Assembly (NCBI GenBank): GCA_963809475.1
Contig: CAWEJS010000001.1
Coordinates: 1,818,125-1,882,124 of the forward strand
DNA length: 64,000 nucleotides
Source of the DNA: an uncultured Acidobacteriota bacterium
GTDB taxonomy: Bacteria; Acidobacteriota; Vicinamibacteria; Vicinamibacterales; JAKQTR01
Direction: 5' to 3'
The notes under the pieces were generated by a model that saw nothing but the letters and a program-made list of their open reading frames with translations, was not told the origin of the DNA and searched no databases. The translations under genes were made by a program, and so were the position numbers. This document shows, one piece after another, positions 56,695 through 64,000 of the stretch (its first letter is position 1; the number at the start of each line of letters is the position of its first letter).

Positions 56695-58463
56695 TAGTTC
56701 TTGATGATCGGCTTCGCCGGGGGCACCACCGGCTCGTCCCTGATCGGCTCGAGCAGGTCGAGGATGGGACTTCCCGTGTCGCGGCCGACCCTGAAGGGGC
56801 GAAGGTCGGCCTCGGTGAGGTCGAGCACCCGGACGATGTGCGGCGTCAGGGTGATGATGATGTCGGTCTCCGTGCGCTCGTTCTTGTTGCGCGCGAACAG
56901 GCGGCCGACGATCGGGAGGTCGCTCAATCCCGGCACGGCCTCCATCGTCGTCCGCTCGTCGTCGCGGATGAGCCCCGCGAGGACGCTGGTCTCGCCGTCG
57001 CGGAGGCGGATGACGGAGTTGACGGACCGGCTGCCGAAGGTGGGGAGGTCGGCATACCCCGTTCCGGAGATCGAGCTCACTTCCACCTTGAGCGTCAGCG
57101 ACACTTCGTCGTTGTGGTGGGTCCTTGGCGTGATGTCGATGTTCACGCCGATGTTCTCGTAGGTGTAGGACGTGATCGGCTGGGTGTTTACGCCGCCAGT
57201 GGCGATGGGGGAGAAGGTCGTGTTCGGCACCGGGACCCGCTCGCCGAACCGCGCCTGGGCGGAGGTACCCTCGATGGCCCGCAACTGCGGGTTCGCCAGC
57301 GTGCGCGTGCTCGCGTCCGAGCGGAGCAGGCGGTAGAACAACGACGGAAAGCTCGAGAGGGAGATGTCGGCCGTCGTCAGCGTCCGGAGATCGCGAAGCG
57401 TGAGCGTGCCCCTGTTCACGGCCGCCGCGCCGTCGATCCCGGTGGAGTCGGCCGACGCGACCTGGATGCCGTACTCCTTCAGGCGCACCCGATCGACCTC
57501 CATGACCTCGACGTCGATGACCACCTCGGGCCGGGCCTTGTCGATGGCGGCGATGAGCTTGGCTGCCGCGGCGACGCGTTCCGGGGTGTCCTTCAGGGCG
57601 ATGGCGTTCGTGCCGGCCACCGAGGAAATTTTCCGCGCGTCGATCACGATTCGGAGCAGGTCGATGGTCTCCTTCAATTCGGCATTCGACAGATAGAACG
57701 TCCGGACGATCTCCTCCTCGTACTCCCGGCGCTTGGCCGGCGTGTCCGGGATGATGGTCAGCGTCCGCGCGGCCGTCAGGCGGTAGAAGCTGCGCGTGCT
57801 CGCGGCCACCGCAGAGAGCGCTTGTTCGAACGAGGTTTTCCGGAGGTCGATGGTCAAGGGCGCGTCCCGAAACGCCGGGTCGAAGACCACGCTGACGCCC
57901 GCGAACCTGGCGAGAGCCGTGAACACGTCGCGAGAGCTCGCCTCCCTGAAGGTGAGTGAATCCGGGATGCGCGCGTCCGCGGGCAGGTCCAGGCCGGGCG
58001 GCGCGAGATCCCGCGTGCGTTCGATCAGGGTCTGGAGCTGGGTTTTGCCGCCCCGGGCCACGCTGACGCGCGCCCGGATGGCCGCCCGCAGGTTCCGGAG
58101 CGCATCCTCGATCTCCGTGCTGGCGGGAGACAACTGGGAGGCAATCTGGTACTCGACGAGCGCCTCCTCGACCTTGCCCACCGACGCGAGGCGGCGGCCG
58201 CTCGAGACGTGCAGGCGCGTGGCGCGGAGCTTGACGCGCTCGAGAGCGAGGCGCGCGTCCTTGTCGGCCGGCCTGGCGCGGACGACGGCCGAGTACTCGA
58301 CCACCGCGCGATCCCAGTCCTGAAGGCGCTCCGCCTGCAGCCCTTTCTGCAGGGCGCCGCTCGTCGCGCAGCCGGCGAGCGCGAGCGTGGCGGCCGCGGC
58401 TGCGAGCCAGGCCCAACGCCGGGCGCCGCCCCGCCGCGGGGTGCTACCGACGAGCTTGTCCAT
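56694..58463 (-). CDS. Secretin-family outer-membrane channel (GspD/PilQ/MshL-like), predicted lipoprotein with TPR-like N-terminal region
   Basis: Lipobox LALAGC follows a signal peptide. Secretin_N-type domains are present (ETIDLLRIVIDARKISSVAGTNAIALKDTPERV). The C-terminal secretin domain contains VPGLSDLPIVGRLF and DIIITLTPHIV. The start is ambiguous (58451, 58463, 58475 or 58574) and all options overlap the upstream gene. Confidence 0.88.
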   Translation of the reverse strand: MDKLVGSTPRRGGARRWAWLAAAAATLALAGCATSGALQKGLQAERLQDWDRAVVEYSAVVRARPADKDARLALERVKLRATRLHVSSGRRLASVGKVEEALVEYQIASQLSPASTEIEDALRNLRAAIRARVSVARGGKTQLQTLIERTRDLAPPGLDLPADARIPDSLTFREASSRDVFTALARFAGVSVVFDPAFRDAPLTIDLRKTSFEQALSAVAASTRSFYRLTAARTLTIIPDTPAKRREYEEEIVRTFYLSNAELKETIDLLRIVIDARKISSVAGTNAIALKDTPERVAAAAKLIAAIDKARPEVVIDVEVMEVDRVRLKEYGIQVASADSTGIDGAAAVNRGTLTLRDLRTLTTADISLSSFPSLFYRLLRSDASTRTLANPQLRAIEGTSAQARFGERVPVPNTTFSPIATGGVNTQPITSYTYENIGVNIDITPRTHHNDEVSLTLKVEVSSISGTGYADLPTFGSRSVNSVIRLRDGETSVLAGLIRDDERTTMEAVPGLSDLPIVGRLFARNKNERTETDIIITLTPHIVRVLDLTEADLRPFRVGRDTGSPILDLLEPIRDEPVVPPAKPIIKN

Positions 58464-59124
58464 TGGTGACCACATCGACGCCGCGCGGAATCGTGAAGCG
58501 GAACAACGCGTCCGCCATCCCGACGTTCTCGCGGACGTCAGAAAACGTGAAGCTCGAACGCCCGCCCTGCGCATCGGCCGTCACCAGCTTGCGCAGGCGG
58601 TAGGTGCCGCGGTCGACGACGAGCGTCAGCGACTCGTATTCGGCCTCGGGCCGATGGGGCGTCAGCACCAGCGTCCAGGTGCCGGGCGCGGGGTCGGGTG
58701 CGTCGGGAAACGACGCGACGAAGTCGCGGGCCAGGTTCCCGTGGCCCGACAAGAAGAGCGCCGGCGTCGTCGCTTCGCCGTCGGCGGGGACCGGCGCCAC
58801 CATGACCTGCCGGTCTTCCGGGATGTAGGAATAGATGCGGCTGCCGTCGGCCACGAACTCCTTGCGCTCGGGGTATTCGTAGACCCAGCGCATCCGGCCC
58901 GGCTTCTTGATCTTCACCGTGCCGCGCTCGGTCGCCTCTTTGCGCAGCACGCCGCCCCGGTACGAGTGGACGAACGACGCGGTGAGGTCCTTGACCGTGT
59001 CGTACTTCTGCTGGATCGCTCGCGCGAGGTCCGAGGGGGACGGCGATCCGGCCATCTGCGGCGGCGCGGCGGTCGCCGCGACGACACACGAAACGACGAG
59101 GGCGGCGAGGATGTGAGCGCGCAC
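58444..59124 (-). CDS. LolA-like outer-membrane lipoprotein carrier family protein
   Basis: It has a signal peptide. TASFVHSY...GTVKIKKPGRMRWVYEYPERKEFVADGSRIYSYIPEDRQV is the typical LolA-fold N-terminal pattern. Confidence 0.8.
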   Translation of the reverse strand: MRAHILAALVVSCVVAATAAPPQMAGSPSPSDLARAIQQKYDTVKDLTASFVHSYRGGVLRKEATERGTVKIKKPGRMRWVYEYPERKEFVADGSRIYSYIPEDRQVMVAPVPADGEATTPALFLSGHGNLARDFVASFPDAPDPAPGTWTLVLTPHRPEAEYESLTLVVDRGTYRLRKLVTADAQGGRSSFTFSDVRENVGMADALFRFTIPRGVDVVTNGQARR

Positions 59125-59172
59125 GGGATTCAGGGACTCTGCGCCGACAACGATAGCACACGCCCGGACGGG

Positions 59173-59619
59173 CTACGCCTTCGGGGCGGCGGGCTCGACG
59201 GCGGGCGGGGCAGGCTTCGCCGCCGGCGCCGGAGCCGAGGCCGGTGACGGTGGCGAGGGTGGCGGTACCGCCCGGACGGCGTCCTTCGTTTCCGTCGGCA
59301 GATTCGCGCCCACCCATCCCGGCAGGCCGCCCGTCAGGACCTGCGCCCGGACGCCGGACGACCGCAGCGCGATGGCCACGTCGACGCTGGTGATCTCGTC
59401 GGGGTCGGAGCAGTACAGCACGACATTGCGGCCCTTCGGAAGGGCCGACGCGTCAGGTGTCTTCGGGTCGATGCGGACCGCGCCGGGGAGCTTCAACGTG
59501 CTGTGGTCCCAGGCGTATTTTCGGCGCACGTCGGCGAGCACCGGGCGTCCGGCTTCGTCACCATCGAGTTGCTGCTTGAGGTCTTCCTTCGTGATTCGCG
59601 GCACAGCCATGGTTGACAT
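59173..59619 (-). CDS. Rhodanese-like domain protein with Pro/Ala-rich C-terminal tail
   Basis: The VVLYCSDPDEITS active-site loop contains a Cys, and GGLPGW is present. The tail is PPPSPPSPASAPAPAAKPAPPAVEPAAPKA. The start is at 59619 or 59610, because the ORF to 59730 would include a strong hairpin. Confidence 0.78.
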   Translation of the reverse strand: MSTMAVPRITKEDLKQQLDGDEAGRPVLADVRRKYAWDHSTLKLPGAVRIDPKTPDASALPKGRNVVLYCSDPDEITSVDVAIALRSSGVRAQVLTGGLPGWVGANLPTETKDAVRAVPPPSPPSPASAPAPAAKPAPPAVEPAAPKA

Positions 59620-59661
59620 TCTACACTGGAGGCGGAACGCCCGAACGAAGTCGGTCCACGT

Positions 59662-59688
59662 GAAAGGCCCGGCGCGCTCGGGCCTTTC
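59662..59688. other. 10-bp GC-rich stem-loop in the divergent intergenic region
   Basis: GAAAGGCCCG/CGGGCCTTTC stem with a 7-nt loop. It lies about 45 nt upstream of the rhodanese start, on the far side of a candidate thuA promoter (TTGACC, 18 nt, TATCTT at 59711..59740). Confidence 0.5.
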
Positions 59689-59788
59689 GTGTGTACGCGT
59701 GGCCCACCTGTTGACCCCGCCCGGCCGCACAGCCTATCTTCAGCGTGTCGCGGGCAGTCCCGCTCGCGCCGAAAGCGGGGAACCACCC

Positions 59789-60526
59789 ATGCGCGCACCT
59801 TTCCGAGTTCTCCTCAGCCTGGCGATATTGGCCACTGCGGTCGTCCTCCCGGCGGCAGACGCATCGGCCAGGCCCAGAATCCTTATCATCACCGGCGACG
59901 ACGTCTCGCCAGCCCATGACTGGCTGAGCTGCGCGGCTGCGACACGCGAGATTCTCATGCAGTCCGGCGGCTTCGACGTGGACGTGGTGGGCAACGCCGA
60001 GATCCTGGCCAACGAAGCCAACCTCAAGGACGTCGCTGTGATTTATCTCATGTTGTACAACGCCAGGACACCGACCCTGTCGGACAAGGGGAAAGAGAAT
60101 CTGTTGAACTTCGTCAAGGGAGGGAAGGGGCTCGTGGTGACGCACCTGTCGAGCGCCTCGTTCAAGGAATGGACCGAGTTCAAGGCGCTCTGTGGCCGGG
60201 TCTGGGTCATGGGCACCTCCGGCCATGGACCGCGGGGCGTCTTCAAGGCGGCCGTTGTCGACAAGGCCAGCCCGATCACGAAGGGCGTCGGGGGCTTCAA
60301 CCAGGACGACGAGCTGTACTCCAAGCTGCAGGGTGACGCGCCGATCCACGTACTCGTGCAGGCGGAGTCGGACTGGAGCAAGAAGACGGAGCCGCTCGCG
60401 TTCACGCTCGACTACGGCAAGGGCCGCGTCTTCCACCACACCTTCGGTCACGATGTGAGGGCGCTCACGACGCCGGAGGTGAAGACGCTCATCGTCCAGG
60501 GGACCACCTGGGCGGCGGGCAACTAA
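59789..60526 (+). CDS. ThuA-domain (trehalose-utilisation-like) protein, secreted
   Basis: The signal peptide is MRAPFRVLLSLAILATAVVLPAADASA. RILIITGDD, GGKGLVVTH and VFHHTFGHD are ThuA-like class-I glutamine amidotransferase-fold motifs. Confidence 0.82.
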   Translation: MRAPFRVLLSLAILATAVVLPAADASARPRILIITGDDVSPAHDWLSCAAATREILMQSGGFDVDVVGNAEILANEANLKDVAVIYLMLYNARTPTLSDKGKENLLNFVKGGKGLVVTHLSSASFKEWTEFKALCGRVWVMGTSGHGPRGVFKAAVVDKASPITKGVGGFNQDDELYSKLQGDAPIHVLVQAESDWSKKTEPLAFTLDYGKGRVFHHTFGHDVRALTTPEVKTLIVQGTTWAAGN

Positions 60527-60567
60527 GAGGACGGGTGGCCGCGCCGGCGCGCGGCCACCCGAGCGAG

Positions 60568-63500
60568 TTACTTGCTGACGGCTCGGACCACCTGCACGGG
60601 CCCGATCAGCCCGGACGGAAGCAGTGGTGAATCGGCTCGGTAGAACTGCTGCGCCGTGTAGGTGTACTTCTTGGTGACCCCCTCCTGCTGGTCACCGATC
60701 AACCGGTTGACCCAGAGGTTGACGACCTTGATCACCAGCGTGTTCGCGCCCGGCTTCAGGGCGGAGGTCACGTCCACGCGGAACGGCGCCTTCCAGAAGG
60801 TGCCGAGAGGTTTGCCGTTGACCGTGACCTCGGCCATGTTCTTGACGTCGCCCAGATCGAGCCACAGCTTCGCGCCGGCCTGGAACCATTCCGCCTGGGC
60901 CTGGACGGTCTTGGCGTAGGTGCCGGTGCCGGAGAAGTACTTCACGCCGGGATCGCTGTTCTGGTGCCACGACGCAAGCACCGGCAGCGTGACCGTGGCG
61001 GGCGCGCCGCGCTCCGGCTGGAACGCGACGTCCCAGGGCCCCTCCACCGTCGCAAGCGTCGCTTCCACCGGCTTGGCGATCGTGCGCGACGGCGCCGCGG
61101 CCGCCTTGCGGAACACCACGAAGACGGCGTCGTTCGGCTGCAGCGCCAGTGGCACGATGGTGCGGCCCCCGACTGTCCGGTAGGACGCGGGCTCGACCGC
61201 GCCCGTGTCGGCGTGCCAGAGCTCCGGCGCCTTGCCCTGCACGCGGAAGCTGGCTTCCACCTCCTCGGCCCGGTCGTTCCGGTGACTCACCCAGTACATA
61301 TCGCCGTCGAGGAGCTTGCGGTGGACGAAGGCCAGTTCGGTGTCGGCCTGCGGCTTCGTGTACTCGAAGTCCGCGGCGACTTTCAGCGACGCGAAAGCGT
61401 CGGCGATGCTGCCCGTGAGGACCTTCCCCTTGCCCGTCGTACCGCCCCACAGCTCGTCGGCGAGGGTCTTGAACTCTGCCGCGTCGTCGGCGAGGCTGGG
61501 TGATTCGATCGGCTTGGGCCCGACAACGACTGCGCCGGCGTTCACCATGTCGCGAATCCTGCGGAGCACGGAGAGCGGCATGTGCTGGCTGTTCGGGTCG
61601 AGCGCCAGGATGCGATAGCTCATCCCGGTCGCGGTGGTGAGCAGGCCCGCGGGTGAAACGGTGAGGCGATGCTTCACCACGTCCGAGTTGACGTAGTCGA
61701 AGTTGTAGCTGGGCGGGATCGGCGGCGGGTTCCCCTGGAACAGGGCGGTCACGTTGGAGTCCTCGCCGTAGTAGTAGGCGATGTCGGCCACGAACCGGCC
61801 CTGCTGCAGCAGGTAGCAGCTGCGGGCGAGATACGTCGTCCAGACCTTCGCCTGTTCTGCCCATGTCTCGTGCCGCGTGAACCACTGGCCGAAGGGCCCC
61901 AGGCCGAGGCCGGGGATCTTGTCGTTCACCGGCTGATGGACCGACGTGTGGATCACGAAGCGGTTGAGGCCCATCGACATCTCGCGGTCCGCGGTCGGCT
62001 TCAGGGTTTCGGGCGAGAAGGACCAGGCGCCCGTGCCGGCCGTGAGCGACTCGGCGGCCACGAGGTTCTGGCCGTAGATGTGCGCCACGGACGCCGATTC
62101 GCGGACGTCGGCGTCGAACTGCGAGCTGGGCCGGTTCGCCTGGGCGGTCCACATCGCGCTCATCGGAATGGCGGCCTTGGCCTTGACCTCCATGCCGTCG
62201 GCGATGAAGGCGCGGCCGTTTTCGTGCGACTCGGTGTAGCGGGCCATGCCGCGCGCGGCGAGGAGGGTGGTCAGCTGGTCGTAGTGGTACTCCGCCACCA
62301 TGTCGATCAGCGTCTTCCGGAAGTCCCAGAGGAAACGATCGGTGGCTTCGGCGCTCTCCACGACGCGGCCCGTGAGCGCCGGGATCCACGGCTTCATGTC
62401 GTAGCCGCGGCGCTTCGCGAACTCGGCCAGCATGTCGTCGGTCCAGTTGGCCACGCCGGCTTCCCAGCTGTCCGTGATCACGTACTGCAGGCCGCGCGTG
62501 CCCATCAGGCCGCCCGTCGCGTTCTTATACTGATCCAGGTAGTTGTCGAAATACGCCTTCACGTAGTCCTTGTTGAGCTTGTCCACTTCGAGGCCGGTGG
62601 CCTCGGGCGACGCGGGCCGGTTCTGCTGGCCCGTCAGCGAGTAGCCGATGCGCAGCACCACCCAGTTCCCGGCCGCGGGCGTCCAGTCAAGGGTGCCGTC
62701 GGCGCGCATCTTCGAGGTCAGGTCGACGACATCGGCCTTGCGCACGACGGCGCTGGCCGGTACCGCCGGGGTCGCCATCCCGTAGATGTTCATCGCCGCG
62801 GAGAAGCCGGCCTTTTCCTGGAACCGGTTGACCACCGCCCCGTGCAGGGCGAACTCGGCGATCTGCGTCCCGGCCGGCGCCGCGGGCGCCTGTCCGCGCC
62901 CGCCGCCCGGTGCGCCGCCGAAGCCTCCCATCCCGCCTGGCCCCTGAGCCGGCTGCGGCTGAGGCGTCAGGATCGAGACCCGGAAGAACCGGGCCTTGAC
63001 CGGAGCGAAGGCGATCGTGCGCGCGCCCGGAGGAATCGGGGTCACCTCGCGGTACTGGATCCGATCGTCGCTCGCCTCGAGGCGCGTGGTGATGACCCCG
63101 CCGCCGCGCCCGCCGCCCCTGCCTCCGCCGCCGGCGGTGATGAAGGTCAGGCCGCTGATGGTCTGCGCCTCCGGGAACTGGTACTCGATCCACGCCCGTT
63201 CGTTCACCGGTGCGGCCGGCAGCAACGCGCTCTTCGTGAGGTCACCGTCGCTGAGCGCGGCGACCTCGAACGTGCCGCCGCTCGAGGTCACCCGGGCCTG
63301 CATGGCGCTCATGGGGCGGTCGCTGTCCGGCGCACGAAACGCGACGACGGCCGCGTCCGCATAGAACTCGGGCGGAGGCGGCTGGCTCCCGGCCTGACCG
63401 CCCAGCCCGCTCCTGGCGCCAGCCAGGCTCTGATAGGAGCCCGTCGTGGAGGGAGGCTTCGGCAGCGAGCCCGTGAACGGGCGTCCGCCCTCGACGCGGG

Positions 63501-63948
63501 TCTCGCTCCACACGTACTTCTTCATCGCCTGGGCGGGTGTGACCCACGGCCCGCCGCTCTCGCTCCATCCCGGCGAGCCCGCAATCGCCATCTCGAGGCC
63601 CAGTTGGTCGGCCAGGGTGGTCGCATACTTGAAGGCGTCCTTCCACTCCGGCGTCATGAAGACCAGCCGCTTCTCGACGATCTGCGGCGTGTTCAGCCCC
63701 GCGTCGAAGTTCTGGAGTCCGGCGATGCCGGAGCGCTTCATCCACTCGAGGTCGGCCTTGATGCCGTCCTTGGTGACGTTGCCGCTCATCCAGTGCCACC
63801 AGACTCGAGGCTTGGCACTGTCCGGCGGATTCAGGAACGAACGGAGCAGGGAATCCCCCTGCGTCTGGGCCACGACAGCCAGGGTGCCCAGCACGACGAT
63901 GGCAGCGGATGCCGCTGCGATCCATGAAGACCGATGAGGCAATCGCAT
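60568..63948 (-). CDS. Large secreted glycoside-hydrolase-like protein (resembles the GH106 alpha-L-rhamnosidase-related family; exact activity unknown)
   Basis: 1126 aa with a signal peptide. The N-terminal PRVWWHWMSGNVTKDGIKADLEWMKRSGIAGLQNFD signature is typical of this family. Gly-rich insertions are present ([29 protein letters not shown]). A C-terminal galactose-binding-like domain is present. Confidence 0.85.
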   Translation of the reverse strand: MRLPHRSSWIAAASAAIVVLGTLAVVAQTQGDSLLRSFLNPPDSAKPRVWWHWMSGNVTKDGIKADLEWMKRSGIAGLQNFDAGLNTPQIVEKRLVFMTPEWKDAFKYATTLADQLGLEMAIAGSPGWSESGGPWVTPAQAMKKYVWSETRVEGGRPFTGSLPKPPSTTGSYQSLAGARSGLGGQAGSQPPPPEFYADAAVVAFRAPDSDRPMSAMQARVTSSGGTFEVAALSDGDLTKSALLPAAPVNERAWIEYQFPEAQTISGLTFITAGGGGRGGGRGGGVITTRLEASDDRIQYREVTPIPPGARTIAFAPVKARFFRVSILTPQPQPAQGPGGMGGFGGAPGGGRGQAPAAPAGTQIAEFALHGAVVNRFQEKAGFSAAMNIYGMATPAVPASAVVRKADVVDLTSKMRADGTLDWTPAAGNWVVLRIGYSLTGQQNRPASPEATGLEVDKLNKDYVKAYFDNYLDQYKNATGGLMGTRGLQYVITDSWEAGVANWTDDMLAEFAKRRGYDMKPWIPALTGRVVESAEATDRFLWDFRKTLIDMVAEYHYDQLTTLLAARGMARYTESHENGRAFIADGMEVKAKAAIPMSAMWTAQANRPSSQFDADVRESASVAHIYGQNLVAAESLTAGTGAWSFSPETLKPTADREMSMGLNRFVIHTSVHQPVNDKIPGLGLGPFGQWFTRHETWAEQAKVWTTYLARSCYLLQQGRFVADIAYYYGEDSNVTALFQGNPPPIPPSYNFDYVNSDVVKHRLTVSPAGLLTTATGMSYRILALDPNSQHMPLSVLRRIRDMVNAGAVVVGPKPIESPSLADDAAEFKTLADELWGGTTGKGKVLTGSIADAFASLKVAADFEYTKPQADTELAFVHRKLLDGDMYWVSHRNDRAEEVEASFRVQGKAPELWHADTGAVEPASYRTVGGRTIVPLALQPNDAVFVVFRKAAAAPSRTIAKPVEATLATVEGPWDVAFQPERGAPATVTLPVLASWHQNSDPGVKYFSGTGTYAKTVQAQAEWFQAGAKLWLDLGDVKNMAEVTVNGKPLGTFWKAPFRVDVTSALKPGANTLVIKVVNLWVNRLIGDQQEGVTKKYTYTAQQFYRADSPLLPSGLIGPVQVVRAVSK

Positions 63949-64000
63949 TCGTTTCTCCCCTCGAGGGCTACCGCACGTACGTCAGGCCAAAACCGAACTT

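Overview
This is a 64-kb segment of a high-GC bacterial chromosome. GC is roughly 70% by eye and was not computed. Protein sequences and gene content suggest an Acidobacteria-like soil bacterium, but that is inference only. I support about 65 protein genes, one tRNA (initiator tRNA-Met), two gene fragments, several terminator hairpins, a CIRCE/sigma-70 promoter pair upstream of groES-groEL, and three short period-7 tandem repeat arrays. I see no rRNA, CRISPR array, or intact transposon, integrase or prophage.

From about 5.9 kb onward the window is ordinary, densely packed core genome:
- Cell division and envelope: ftsB, ftsEX, a SpoIID-like gene, a RodZ-like gene, and the murein-recycling cluster nagZ-ldcA-mpl.
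- Translation and RNA: rnc, rnr, selB, gatB, the ffh-rpsP-KH-rimM-trmD-rplS-rnhB block, and ftsY.
- Metabolism: purA, purC, and ribD-ribE-ribBA.
- Other: groESL, nrdR, an ntrY/ntrX-like two-component pair, pgpA-cinA-thpR, tatA, and a TonB-like gene.

The left 5.9 kb is the only accessory-looking part. The 3' end of tRNA-fMet occurs three times there, and the flank-homology pattern fits two tandem, decayed integrative elements. Their cargo is two exported proteins, an isochorismatase-family hydrolase, an ABC-2 exporter, a truncated CoxE/VWA gene and a truncated AbiEii toxin gene.

I did not find a convincing complete novel multi-gene system. The best candidates for follow-up are:
- the tRNA-fMet att-site triplication with its paralogous 63-nt element;
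- an orphan lipoprotein secretin operon (rhodanese, LolA-like protein, secretin);
- a HAMP-PP2C phosphatase translationally coupled to a DUF2007-RNase III fusion;
- heptanucleotide tandem arrays sitting on gene 3' ends, including the groEL stop codon;
- recurrent -10-like boxes only 6-9 nt upstream of start codons, which suggests leaderless mRNAs.

All family assignments come from motif recognition by eye. No database search was run. Start codons are often ambiguous in this GC-rich sequence.
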